IMG/VR virus record: IMGVR_UViG_3300043410_001007
Location: 1 to 64,000 of that record
DNA: 64,000 nt
Source of the DNA: a virus
Direction: 5' to 3' (one strand)
Below, piece by piece: positions 1 to 9,419 of the stretch; positions within the stretch are counted from its first letter, which is position 1; the number at the start of each line of letters is the position of its first letter. Under the pieces are notes generated by a model. The model had not been told where the DNA came from. It was given only the letters and a program-made list of their open reading frames with translations, and ran no database searches. A program made the translations under genes and the position numbers.

Positions 1-1333
1 TGCCGTTGCCCAAGAGTGCTGTTTGAGCGTTACCGTTGAGATTGACCGATGCGATGTTACCGGCACCACTAACGTTTGCTAGTGCTACTGAGTTCGCTGT
101 ACCTGCTGTTGTAGCATATGTTGCGTTTGCGACCGTACCAGTTACATTAGCACCAGCAACAGCGTTAGCAGTACCTGCTGTTGTAGCATATGTTGCGTTT
201 GCTACGGTGCCAGTAACGTTGGCACCGGCGACAGAGAACGCTACGTTTGCGTTAGTTGATGCTGTTGCGAATGCGACTGTACCGGTGATATTTGCCGCGG
301 CTATCGAGTTAGCGGTATTAGCAGTGCCCGCGCTGACGGCATAAGTTGCGTTTGCTACGGTACCAGTTACGTTAGCGCCTGCCACTGCGTTTGCTGTATT
401 TGCTGTTGTTGAGTTCGTTGCGAATGAGACTGTACCAGTGATATTTGCTGCCGCTACACTATTCGCAGTGCCTGCTGTTGTCGCATATGTCGCATTAGCA
501 ACAGTACCAGTTACATTAGCACCTGCTACACTATTAGCACTGTTAGCAACTGTTGCGCTACTTGCTGTGCCTGTGAGGTTACCCACTAACTGCTTGTTGA
601 AGTTCCAAGTATCATCACTGCTCTTGTATGTCATGGTGGCATTAGCGCCGTTGATAGTGAGGCCGCCGCCGTTTGCTTGTGCCGCGTTAGTTGCTGAGTT
701 TGCTAGTGTTAGATTTTTATCATCTAGCGCTACTTCTGTTGAATGAACGGTAGTTAGTGTGCCGTTGACGGTAAGATTACCGCCTACAAGTATGTCGCCT
801 GTTGTAGATAAGGATGTGAGAGTGCCGACACTTGTGATGTTTGGCTGTGCTGATGCGGTTACTGTTGCGGCTGTGTTTGCGGTGGCCACTGTGCCGGAAA
901 CATTGGCACCAGCAACACTATTCGCTGTGTCTGCTGTTGTTGCGTAAGTTGCGTTTGCTACAGTACCGGTTACGTTAGCACCCTCAACAGAGAATGCTAC
1001 GTTTGCGTTAGTTGAGTTCGTTGCGAATGAGATGGTGCCAGTGATATTGGCGGCCGCTACTGAGTTAGCACTGGCAGCGACAGTTGCCGATGCGACCGTA
1101 CCGGTTACGTTTGCGCCGGCTACTGCGTTTGCTATTGTTGCTGTTGTCGCTAGGGTAGCAGTGTTAGCGTGTGCGGCGTTTGCTACTACGCCAGATACGT
1201 TTGCTCCCGCTATGTGAAGATTTGCTTGATCGATACCGACTAAGCTACCGTCTTCTGCTGATATCATTACTTGATCTGGTATCGCGGCTAGTGCTACGTC
1301 CATTACTGCTGGTGTTACTCTTGTTAGTGCCAT
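1..1333 (-). CDS. Fibre-like virion protein with many GANV(T/S)GTVANATYA repeats; truncated at window edge and missing from the ORF track
   Basis: Own translation from ATG at 1333 (SD AAGGA upstream): MALTRVTPAVMDVALAAIPDQ...AQPNITSVGTLTSL...GNLTVNGTLTTVHSTEVALDDKNLTL; no stop before position 1. Confidence 0.85.
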   Translation of the reverse strand, partial: MALTRVTPAVMDVALAAIPDQVMISAEDGSLVGIDQANLHIAGANVSGVVANAAHANTATLATTATIANAVAGANVTGTVASATVAASANSVAAANITGTISFATNSTNANVAFSVEGANVTGTVANATYATTADTANSVAGANVSGTVATANTAATVTASAQPNITSVGTLTSLSTTGDILVGGNLTVNGTLTTVHSTEVALDDKNLTLANSATNAAQANGGGLTINGANATMTYKSSDDTWNFNKQLVGNLTGTASSATVANSANSVAGANVTGTVANATYATTAGTANSVAAANITGTVSFATNSTTANTANAVAGANVTGTVANATYAVSAGTANTANSIAAANITGTVAFATASTNANVAFSVAGANVTGTVANATYATTAGTANAVAGANVTGTVANATYATTAGTANSVALANVSGAGNIASVNLNGNAQTALLGNG

Positions 1334-1350
1334 GATGTTTCCTTATTCTT

Positions 1351-3195
1351 TTATCCTATGTATGCTACGGCCCAGTTGTCGTTGCCGTCGAATGTTACTG
1401 TTCCTAGTAATACTTTGATTGCTAGTGTGTCGCCAACTGCTAGTTTTGATATCGAACTTACGCCGTAGTGATTGACTGTTGCGTTTGCTCCACACTCCCA
1501 CATTGCTTGAACTACGCCCGTAGTAGCGTGATTTTTTATCACCGCGATTTGTGCTGTTGATGCGTTGTTTATTCTAGCGACTAGATGAACTGAATACAGA
1601 CCAGCTACTGGTGCTGTGAATACACCCGTTGAACTGTTGAAACCAGTACCCTGTGTGTAATCTACTGTCCAGTTGTTTGAGTTTAGTATGCCGTTAGTGT
1701 TTGTTGTTGTCGTTATTACTGTCTGACCGCTGCCCGTGACCCGAAATGCTGGTCTAGTTGGTAGAGCGATACCGTATTGATCGATTTTTGCCCACTGAGT
1801 GAATGCGTTGCTACCTCTAAACTGAAACTGATGAGCAGTGACGTTTGCGCCGATACCAACATCGAAATACATAGTTGATGTTGTAGTCGAAAAATCACGG
1901 ATGGCCATGTTTGCGCCGACGTTTGCTGCCGGTTGAAAACCAATCGCTACGTTGTTGGTAGCACCGTTGCCCACTAAGAAGCCTGTTGCGTTTGTGTTAC
2001 CTGATGATGTTACGATGCCGTCGAGCGTAATGTTACCCGTCACTGCTAGTGAGGTGAGTGTGCCGACAGATGTGATGTTGGGTTGAGCATTTGTGGTTAC
2101 TGTGCCTGCAGTTGTTGCCGATGTTGCTGACGTAGCAGTACCAGCGCTTGTGGCGTATGTTGCGTTAGCGACAGTACCGCTTACATTGCTACCAGAGATA
2201 GAGTTTGCTGTGTTAGCAACGCTAGAGTTTGTTGCGAACGAGACGGTACCGGTGATATTAGCGGCTGCTACGCTTAGGGCTGTGTTTGCTGTGTTCGCTG
2301 TGTTTGCTGTGTTTGCTTCGCCCGCATAGTTAGCGTAGTTAGCATCGTCGTTAGCAGTGAGTGAGACCCACCCGCCGTTGCCTGCTAGCACCGTGTTCGA
2401 GTTGCCGTTGAGATTGACCGTTGCTATGTTGCCGATGCCCGAGACGTTTGCTACCGAAATAGAGTATGCTGTGAGCGCTATGTTTGCTTCGTTAGAGAAG
2501 TTAGCATAGTTGGGCTGTGTGTTTGCGCCGATAAGGGTCGTAATCTCCATCACTGAACTTACCGGCAGTGCCTCAGACAAGATGATGTTAGCATCCTCTA
2601 TCGTGTATGCGTTTCGCATCTGTGTGATACCGTCGATAACAACTGATGTGCTACCGATAGTGGGCGGGGTGACCGATAGTTGATAGGTGTCTGCGTTGCC
2701 GTTGCCGATGTAAGTATCTACTGTTGCTGAGAGTGCTGAGTTACCGTAGCCCACCAGGGTAGTAACTTCCATTCGTGTGTTTGCTGGTAGTGCGCCGCCG
2801 ATAGTCAGCACGTTGTTGTTGAGTGAGTATGTTGTTTTGAGTTGTGTTACACCGTCGATAACAACTGTTGTAAAGTTCTCTGATACGGGTGTAGTGCTGA
2901 GTGGGTACTGCGTGGTCTCACCGTCGCCCTGAAATACGTCGATAGTTGCTGATAGACCGCTGTCGGGATTGAACGAGTACCATGATAGGCCACCGTTGCC
3001 GTCTGTTTGTAAGAGTTGATTTCTGATACCGCCCTGAATGCGGACGTTAGCAACATTGCCCAGTGATACTAGTCCAGTAGCGTTGATGTTTGCTATGTTA
3101 GCAGTTGTTACACCCGTGAGTGTATCGGTGGCCGCATCGATAACGACATTGCCCACCGTGAGGCCGTTCTTGGCCACGAAATTCTTTTGAGACAC
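1351..3195 (-). CDS. Fibre/virion structural protein with C-terminal C1q/TNF-like domain
   Basis: 614 aa, GTG start; two GDG/GNG-xxxx-YxL-xxTP...VVIDG repeats; C-terminus PAFRV...FNSSTGVFTAPVAGLYSV...SKLAVGDTLAIKV fits a C1q globular domain. Confidence 0.75.
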   Translation of the reverse strand: MSQKNFVAKNGLTVGNVVIDAATDTLTGVTTANIANINATGLVSLGNVANVRIQGGIRNQLLQTDGNGGLSWYSFNPDSGLSATIDVFQGDGETTQYPLSTTPVSENFTTVVIDGVTQLKTTYSLNNNVLTIGGALPANTRMEVTTLVGYGNSALSATVDTYIGNGNADTYQLSVTPPTIGSTSVVIDGITQMRNAYTIEDANIILSEALPVSSVMEITTLIGANTQPNYANFSNEANIALTAYSISVANVSGIGNIATVNLNGNSNTVLAGNGGWVSLTANDDANYANYAGEANTANTANTANTALSVAAANITGTVSFATNSSVANTANSISGSNVSGTVANATYATSAGTATSATSATTAGTVTTNAQPNITSVGTLTSLAVTGNITLDGIVTSSGNTNATGFLVGNGATNNVAIGFQPAANVGANMAIRDFSTTTSTMYFDVGIGANVTAHQFQFRGSNAFTQWAKIDQYGIALPTRPAFRVTGSGQTVITTTTNTNGILNSNNWTVDYTQGTGFNSSTGVFTAPVAGLYSVHLVARINNASTAQIAVIKNHATTGVVQAMWECGANATVNHYGVSSISKLAVGDTLAIKVLLGTVTFDGNDNWAVAYIG

Positions 3196-3220
3196 AGTTC
3201 ATTTTCCCTATGTTATGCTT

Positions 3221-3228
3221 TATTTATC
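3221..3228 (-). promoter_or_regulatory. T4-type late promoter GATAAATA
   Basis: Same octamer precedes many structural genes here; resembles the gp55 consensus TATAAATA. Confidence 0.7.
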
Positions 3229-3235
3229 AGCATAG

Positions 3236-3261
3236 CAAAAGAGGCCCGGAGGCCTCTTTTG
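3236..3261. terminator. Rho-independent terminator, potentially bidirectional
   Basis: CAAAAGAGGCC-cgga-GGCCTCTTTTG perfect inverted repeat just after the stop of 3279..5057. Confidence 0.85.
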
Positions 3262-3278
3262 TTTGTTGTATCGGCTGA

Positions 3279-5057
3279 TTATACAGCACGAACTTGTGTC
3301 GACCAAAATGTATTGTTACTGCTTGTTGCTGTTACAAATACTTCGACGTTTGCGCCGCCGTCTGCTGCCGCAAATGTGAATGTACCTGCGCCGCCACCCA
3401 TGTCTAGTGCGCCGTAAATAGCGTAATCTACGTTGCCTTGTGCGTCAGTTAGTACCATTGCTGATGCGGTTGAGTACTTAGGAGCATAGAGGTCACTACC
3501 GCGAATGAGGAAGTTGTATGCCTGACCTGCGCCCGCACCAAACTTGCCCAGTGACGTTTGAGAGGTTGATGTTGTGTAGCCGTCTGCTGCCAAGATTGTA
3601 GATGTTTTGATTTCTACATAACCAGATGTACTTAGAGCAGTACCAGCAGATACGTAGCCGTTAGCGTGAATATCACCACTAGCGTTGATACTCTCATCAA
3701 CTTGAACGTTACCGGTTAGGGTAGCATTTCTAGCGGCCATGTTTGCTAGGTTCGTGAAGTTGACCGTAGCAGTAGGAGCACTAGTTGTATCGAAGAACTT
3801 CCAGGCGCCGTCTGTGTGGTCACGAGCGATACCAGTGTAAGTATCACCGTCAAATTCACCCGCAATACCGATATCAATTAAGTCAGCACTGTTATTAGCG
3901 GCTAGCATTAGTAGCGAATCGCTGACTGTTGTGTTCTCTACGTTGAGATATACTAAGTTGCCGGTAATAGTTAGGTTGCCGTTGACGCCGACATCACCCG
4001 TGATGTTAGCGCCGCCGCTTGTGATTGTGATGCCGCCGTTGCCACTGATGTTGCCACTAACGTCTAGTGATATTAGTGTGCCAACACTAGTGATGTTTGC
4101 TTGTGCGCCTTGAACAACATAGTCAGCCGTATCAGCAGAGCCTGAACTATCGGCATATTGAGCATTAGCAACTGTACCGGAGACATTAGCACCATCTACG
4201 CTATACGCAGTACCTGCGAATGTCGCATAGTTTGCGTTAGCAATTTCACCGATGTTAGTTATGTTTGCCCAGTCAACACTGTACGCTGTACCAGCGAATG
4301 TAGCATAGTTTGCGTTAGCAACTTCGCCGCTTACGTTAGCACCGTCTACGCTATACGCCACATTAGCACTACCAACTGTACCGCTTACGTTAGCGCCATC
4401 AACTGAGTACGCAGTGCCAGCATAGTTTGCGTAGTTTGCGTTTGCTGCCTGACTAACATCAGACCATGTAACTGTACCGGCGCCGTCTGTTGTTAGGACG
4501 TAACCACTAGTACCACCAGTGATAGTAATAGTTGAGATATCTGTGTTTAAGGCATTAGCAGTTCCGGCAACGCCTGAGTAGTTAGCATAGTTAGCATATG
4601 CTACGTCACCGTCGATATTAGCACCATCAACTGAGTATGCTGTACCTGCGAATGTAGCATAGTTTGCGTTTGCTACTTCACTGACGTTAGCGCCGTTGAT
4701 GTTAGTTAGATTACTACCGTCGCCGTGTAAGTACATTGCGCTGATGTTTGCTAAGTTACCACTCGCTAATAAATTAGCAACGTCACTGTTACCGTATTGA
4801 GCGGCCGGTGTTGCGAACGAAATGTTACCGTTGCCGTCTGTTACAAGCGCTTGCCCGTTACTGCCACCTGTGATGTGTAAGTTAGCAATCCCACCCAGCG
4901 ATACATTAGTACCAGTGAGAGTAACGTTGCCCGTGAAAGATACGTTACCATTAGCGGAGAGGTCTGCCGCTGTAATATTAGCGTTCTGATCGATTACGTC
5001 GGTAGTGATACTCCCTACGCTCAATCCCTTTGCTACGTTAAATGATTTTAAAGCCAT
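3279..5057 (-). CDS. Fibre-like virion structural protein with VANANYATFAGTAYSVDGAN repeats
   Basis: 592 aa; ITGGxxGxxLxTDGxG motifs, ~23-aa tandem repeats, beta-rich C-terminal domain shared with 5072..6310. Confidence 0.75.
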   Translation of the reverse strand: MALKSFNVAKGLSVGSITTDVIDQNANITAADLSANGNVSFTGNVTLTGTNVSLGGIANLHITGGSNGQALVTDGNGNISFATPAAQYGNSDVANLLASGNLANISAMYLHGDGSNLTNINGANVSEVANANYATFAGTAYSVDGANIDGDVAYANYANYSGVAGTANALNTDISTITITGGTSGYVLTTDGAGTVTWSDVSQAANANYANYAGTAYSVDGANVSGTVGSANVAYSVDGANVSGEVANANYATFAGTAYSVDWANITNIGEIANANYATFAGTAYSVDGANVSGTVANAQYADSSGSADTADYVVQGAQANITSVGTLISLDVSGNISGNGGITITSGGANITGDVGVNGNLTITGNLVYLNVENTTVSDSLLMLAANNSADLIDIGIAGEFDGDTYTGIARDHTDGAWKFFDTTSAPTATVNFTNLANMAARNATLTGNVQVDESINASGDIHANGYVSAGTALSTSGYVEIKTSTILAADGYTTSTSQTSLGKFGAGAGQAYNFLIRGSDLYAPKYSTASAMVLTDAQGNVDYAIYGALDMGGGAGTFTFAAADGGANVEVFVTATSSNNTFWSTQVRAV

Positions 5058-5071
5058 GATTTTTATTTCCT

Positions 5072-6310
5072 TTAGTTGTAGAGAGTTATCACTAATCGGT
5101 AATCAACTCGATTAGAGGTAGTCGGACGAGCGATAACTCTTACGAGTCCGCTCGATTGGTCCATAGTGAATGCGGCCATTTCAGATCCGATCAATACGTT
5201 TCCGTACTGACTGTATGTTGTAGTTGTGCCTTTTGTTACACTCAACATTTTAGTGATTTGTCTTGATGCCCCGTCATCAGCAGTGATATGAATATCAATA
5301 CTACTAACAGTGTTAGGTGTAGTAAATAACACTGTTGGATTAACGGTTGTGGTAATCACATCTAACCATTTGCTAGTAGAGATGGTTGTTGTCGCATTAC
5401 CCAAAACAAAATTGTTACTTGTTTGTACATTAGCATATGTACCACGATTAGTAACTGATAACATAGTATTACCACCAACAGCAAGCGTGATATTACCATT
5501 CAGTGCGACCGAGGCATTACTAGTGCCGTTTGATATGAAACTTTCTGCGCCTGGTGTGTTTGAGCTTGGGCCGTTTGACCATCTCAGATTACCTGCCCCG
5601 TCAGTTACAATAGTTTGTCCTGGTAGTCCGCCTTGAATACTTACGTTATTTAAATCACCGAATACTGAACGATAGATGACGTTTAGATTGCCAGTTAATA
5701 ATTTACCGGTTAATGTTAATGTATCATTAGTAGTATTGTACTTGAAATCATTATCTGCCGCAAACTTACCATTATCAACAAACTGGACTTCACCGGTATT
5801 GCCGCCGCCTGGAGTGTTTATGATTGTAGACACTCGTTGATTTAGAGTTGCTTGTGAAGGTGTTGGTGATACTGTGTTATTAGTAGGGGCGACTGCTGTT
5901 ACTATTGGTTTTTGAACTGTTTTTATGCCGGTATCTTGTACTGATTGTTGTTCTACTGGAGTAATAGTTACAGATGTCACTGTTGTTTGATTAGTATTTT
6001 CACCTATTATTGTTGATATTGGTGTTTTTACATAACGAAGTGGCTGTGATTGAGATGATTGTTGTACAACAGTAGCTTGTTTCGCTACTGTTAATCGTTG
6101 AATAGTGCCTGATGATTGCTCAACTGTTGCTTGTTTCGCTACTGCTAATTGTTGTTTGCTACCAGATGATTGTTCGATAGTAGCTTGTTTCGCTACTGCT
6201 AATTGTTGATTGCTACCTGATGGTTGTTCAACGGTAGGCTGCGGCCTTGCTATCAAACGGCGAGGGCTCGATAGAGGAGAATCAATAACTGGTGCTTGTG
6301 TTCTTGCCAT
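5072..6310 (-). CDS. Virion structural protein, possibly head fibre/decoration, with Q/S/T-rich repetitive N-terminus
   Basis: 412 aa directly downstream of the major capsid gene; PGGxNTxEVQF and IQGGxxGQxIxTDGAGNLxW fibre motifs. Confidence 0.65.
   Translation of the reverse strand: MARTQAPVIDSPLSSPRRLIARPQPTVEQPSGSNQQLAVAKQATIEQSSGSKQQLAVAKQATVEQSSGTIQRLTVAKQATVVQQSSQSQPLRYVKTPISTIIGENTNQTTVTSVTITPVEQQSVQDTGIKTVQKPIVTAVAPTNNTVSPTPSQATLNQRVSTIINTPGGGNTGEVQFVDNGKFAADNDFKYNTTNDTLTLTGKLLTGNLNVIYRSVFGDLNNVSIQGGLPGQTIVTDGAGNLRWSNGPSSNTPGAESFISNGTSNASVALNGNITLAVGGNTMLSVTNRGTYANVQTSNNFVLGNATTTISTSKWLDVITTTVNPTVLFTTPNTVSSIDIHITADDGASRQITKMLSVTKGTTTTYSQYGNVLIGSEMAAFTMDQSSGLVRVIARPTTSNRVDYRLVITLYN
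6072..6233. repeat. 3 x 54-bp tandem repeat encoding VEQ(S/P)SGxxQxLxVAKQAT
   Basis: Units start at 6072, 6126 and 6180 (gt(a/t)gcttgtttcgctactg...). Confidence 0.9.
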
Positions 6311-6331
6311 TTGTAGATTAGTGTTATCTAA

Positions 6332-6339
6332 TATTTATC
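6332..6339 (-). promoter_or_regulatory. Late promoter GATAAATA
   Basis: 21 nt upstream of the 6310 start codon. Confidence 0.7.
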
Positions 6340-6370
6340 TAAAATGGAGATATTGATTGTGCGTAGGCAA

Positions 6371-6394
6371 CAAAAAAGCACCCTGAGGTGCTTT
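6371..6394 (-). terminator. Rho-independent terminator after the major capsid gene
   Basis: Minus strand AAAGCACC-tcag-GGTGCTTTTTTG. Confidence 0.85.
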
Positions 6395-6437
6395 AATGTA
6401 ACTTCCCATCCCTGAGAATAAAAAGTTTTTGTTACGA

Positions 6438-7634
6438 TTACTGGAATGTAACGTTTTGGATTGCGACTTCACCTAGGTAGTCAGCGGCGTTACCGAAACT
6501 ACTTGCTGTGTTTGTCAACTCAACATAACCATAACGTGTCATGAATGATACGACTGGTTCGAATGTTGATGGGTCTAGAACAACACCACTACTCATCAAT
6601 GGGATGTATGGGCAGTAGAATGCGGCTGCGTCAGTTTCGCTGGTGCCCTTGTAGCCAACTAGTACTGATGTACCTGTTGGAGCATAAGAGTCAACGAACA
6701 CACGCATTGCGTTGTTTAGTGTACCGACAAACTTAGTGTTTGTTGGGGCTTCGAATGTACCTTCTGTTGTACGAGCGAAAGCACTTGTTGTAGCACTTTG
6801 TAGTACTGTTAGGGCTTCACTAGAAACAACAGCCCAGTTACCTGCGCCACGACGAGTGCGTTGAGCGATTAGGTTAGCTGTACGGTTGATTAGAACTGCT
6901 AGAGCGGCGTGCTCGTCACCTACGAATGTAGCTGTACCAGAAACGGTAGCTTGGTTGTATGTGAACTCTGTAGCGGCCAATGAACGTAGAGATAAGAGAA
7001 TCTCTTGGTCGATTTCAGCAGTGATTTCTTGAGCTAGAGCAGCCATGATTTCTGCTTCAACGTCGATACCATGCTGACTTTGTGCGTCTTGAGCGGCTTC
7101 GAATGTCCAACGAGCTTGGAGCTTACGGCTCTTAGCTTCTACGGCTTGACGTAGAATCTGGACAGAGATTGCCTTACCGCCATTGCCTTCTAGCTTAGCA
7201 GTATTAGCACCTGTGTAGCTACTAGTAGTAGTGTCACCACTTGCAGCTGTAGAGTATGCTTGAGCAATCTTGAATGGTGATAGTGCTTCTTCACCAGCTG
7301 TAACTGGAGTAGCAGCGGCAGAAGTGTCACCTAGTGTGTTAGCATAACGCACACGTAGAGTGTGGATTTGGCCAACTGGACCAGTCATTGGCTGAACGCC
7401 TACCAATTCGTTAGCGATAACGGTTGGCATGACACGGCGGATAACTGGTAGAATTACGCGGTTTAGCGTAGCGATGTTACCAGCAGTAGTAGTACCGGCT
7501 GAACTTTCAGCTAGTAGTTGCTTCTTGGTGTTTTCTAAAATAACACCCATTGATGAGCGCTTGGTGCCCTTGAGACCTTCTAGGAGGGCTTCTTTGGTTT
7601 CACCCCAACGGCTCTCTAATAGTACTTTTGACAT
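6438..7634 (-). CDS. gp23: Major capsid protein, T4 gp23 family
   Basis: IRRVMPTVIANELVGVQPMTGPVGQIHTLR, AKSRKLQARWTFEAAQD, AAFYCPYIPL and FMTRYG motifs. Confidence 0.97.
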   Translation of the reverse strand: MSKVLLESRWGETKEALLEGLKGTKRSSMGVILENTKKQLLAESSAGTTTAGNIATLNRVILPVIRRVMPTVIANELVGVQPMTGPVGQIHTLRVRYANTLGDTSAAATPVTAGEEALSPFKIAQAYSTAASGDTTTSSYTGANTAKLEGNGGKAISVQILRQAVEAKSRKLQARWTFEAAQDAQSQHGIDVEAEIMAALAQEITAEIDQEILLSLRSLAATEFTYNQATVSGTATFVGDEHAALAVLINRTANLIAQRTRRGAGNWAVVSSEALTVLQSATTSAFARTTEGTFEAPTNTKFVGTLNNAMRVFVDSYAPTGTSVLVGYKGTSETDAAAFYCPYIPLMSSGVVLDPSTFEPVVSFMTRYGYVELTNTASSFGNAADYLGEVAIQNVTFQ

Positions 7635-7661
7635 GTGTTTCTCCTATAGTAGTATGTCGAT

Positions 7662-8759
7662 TTAAAGCCCTGCCAGACGTTTGAAGTCAACTAAGTTATC
7701 ACTCATGTCTTCTTCTGTCTTCACGGCAGATTTATCACCAGTTACTGCAACGCTCTCGCTGATCATGGCTTTTTTAGGAGCGGCTGATTGTTGAGTTTGA
7801 TTCAATACTGCTGGTAGATACTTGTCGAAAGCGGCCTTTAGCTTTGGTGTCTGGACGCTTTCTAGTAAGTTCTTCATTACGGTTGCTTTCTCTTCGTTTA
7901 GAGTACCTAACAATTCTGTCATGGTCTTCTCACGTAGATTAGATTCCTTAATGATGCGAACTTCACGTTCTTTTGATTCAACCAAGGTCTTAGCTTGATT
8001 GATTTGTTTCTTTGATTCTGCTAGTTGAGACTGAGCTTTTTGTAGTTGAGTCATTAGCTTGCGTGTTTCAGCTTTCTCATTTAGGTGAGTAGCACTGAAT
8101 TCGGCAGCAAATGCTTCAAACAAGCGTTGACCAAATGCGCTCTCACGAGCACTCTTGATGTCTTCTTTCAACTGGCTGATTTCGCCTTTGAGTTGCTTAG
8201 TTACAACAGCGCCTAATTTCTTAGCGCTTTCAGCGATGAATTGTTGTTTTAGTGTTTCAAGTTGTTGCTTGCCTTCAGCTACTAATTTCACTTTAGCTTC
8301 CACAACAGCACGTTTGTCTTGTTCAAATTCTTTGATTTCACGAGCAAGGGCTTGAACAACGAATTGTTCTAGCTTATCACGTGATTCTAATTGAATTTGG
8401 CGATCAGAACGTAGTTCTTTGATTTCATCAGCTAGTTTAGTAACCATGAAGTCATTGAACTTTGTAGCACTTTCACGTAATTGGACTTGTGCCTTTACGC
8501 GGTCTTCGTTCATTGCTTGGCGTTCTTGCTGAAATTCTGAGATTTCAGCAGATAGGCCTTCAGTAACCATCTTATCTAGGGCCTCGACCATAACATTCTT
8601 GTCATGTTCGTACTTTCTTGCGTACTCTTCACGGAGTTCGCTACGTACTTGTTCACGTGCTTCGCCTAACTTTGCTTCCCAAGCTTCATTGATAGCTTGA
8701 GCAGTTTCAGTATTAACGATGCCGCTCTCAAGTAACGTCTTAATGAATTTATCACTCAT
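7662..8759 (-). CDS. gp22: Prohead core scaffold protein
   Basis: 365-aa coiled coil between protease and capsid genes; many L/I-x-E-S protease-type sites. Confidence 0.85.
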   Translation of the reverse strand: MSDKFIKTLLESGIVNTETAQAINEAWEAKLGEAREQVRSELREEYARKYEHDKNVMVEALDKMVTEGLSAEISEFQQERQAMNEDRVKAQVQLRESATKFNDFMVTKLADEIKELRSDRQIQLESRDKLEQFVVQALAREIKEFEQDKRAVVEAKVKLVAEGKQQLETLKQQFIAESAKKLGAVVTKQLKGEISQLKEDIKSARESAFGQRLFEAFAAEFSATHLNEKAETRKLMTQLQKAQSQLAESKKQINQAKTLVESKEREVRIIKESNLREKTMTELLGTLNEEKATVMKNLLESVQTPKLKAAFDKYLPAVLNQTQQSAAPKKAMISESVAVTGDKSAVKTEEDMSDNLVDFKRLAGL

Positions 8760-9406
8760 TAAATTTCCCCTTTGTTGATTTTTAGATCCTTGATTAAGCG
8801 AGTTACCTCGTCCTTCAAGTATTTTTGGACTGCGGGACTCTGACGGTCGCCCTTCAATGCTTCGATCAAATTGTGACCGTGAGGCATGTTCATCAAGCCC
8901 TCATAGATCGCTTTCGGATAAGCATTAGGGGCGCTTGGTTGAGCCACAATGTCCACAGTGACAATTTCAAAGTCACTGACCTTGCCAGTCATTTCGTCAA
9001 CGTTTCCGCTGCCTCGACTACTGACACCGAGTTTGACACCAGCACCTAACATTTTGGCGATAACATCGCCCATAGGTGTTGGTAGAATTTTGAGTTTTCC
9101 AAAGCCATTGGCGCCATCCATCCACATTTGTTCAATCATGTGAGATACACGGTCCAGATTAATTTTTAGATCATCAGGATGGTCAACTTCGCCTAAGACG
9201 GAGTTGCCTTCTTTGAGTTGCTCGTTTAGGGTTCCAACTGCTCGTTCGATTTCATGGACTGGGTAAATACGCTCGTTAGCGTTCTTTACCCCTCCTTGAA
9301 TGAAAATACCCTTCATGTAGAAGTTCTTTCCATGATCTCCCTGCTCACTTTCAACGATGATACCAGCGTTGTTGTAAGTCAGATTTTCACGTAGGTACAG
9401 AGCCAT
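8759..9406 (-). CDS. gp21: Prohead protease
   Basis: GIFIQ, NANERIYP, LGEVDHP, ILPTPMG, GVSSRGSG and DIVAQPSAPNAY motifs. Confidence 0.96.
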   Translation of the reverse strand: MALYLRENLTYNNAGIIVESEQGDHGKNFYMKGIFIQGGVKNANERIYPVHEIERAVGTLNEQLKEGNSVLGEVDHPDDLKINLDRVSHMIEQMWMDGANGFGKLKILPTPMGDVIAKMLGAGVKLGVSSRGSGNVDEMTGKVSDFEIVTVDIVAQPSAPNAYPKAIYEGLMNMPHGHNLIEALKGDRQSPAVQKYLKDEVTRLIKDLKINKGEI

Positions 9407-9419
9407 TGTCCTATGTTCC

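Noticed and set aside
36-1217. Plus-strand Ala/Val-rich ORFs (36..344, 438..746, 759..947, 1032..1217)
   Set aside because: Antisense shadows of the repetitive minus-strand fibre gene, which the ORF track missed because it runs off the window edge
6072-6233. 54-bp repeats or fibre repeats as a CRISPR array
   Set aside because: Contiguous, in-frame, degenerate at third codon positions, no unique spacers and no cas genes
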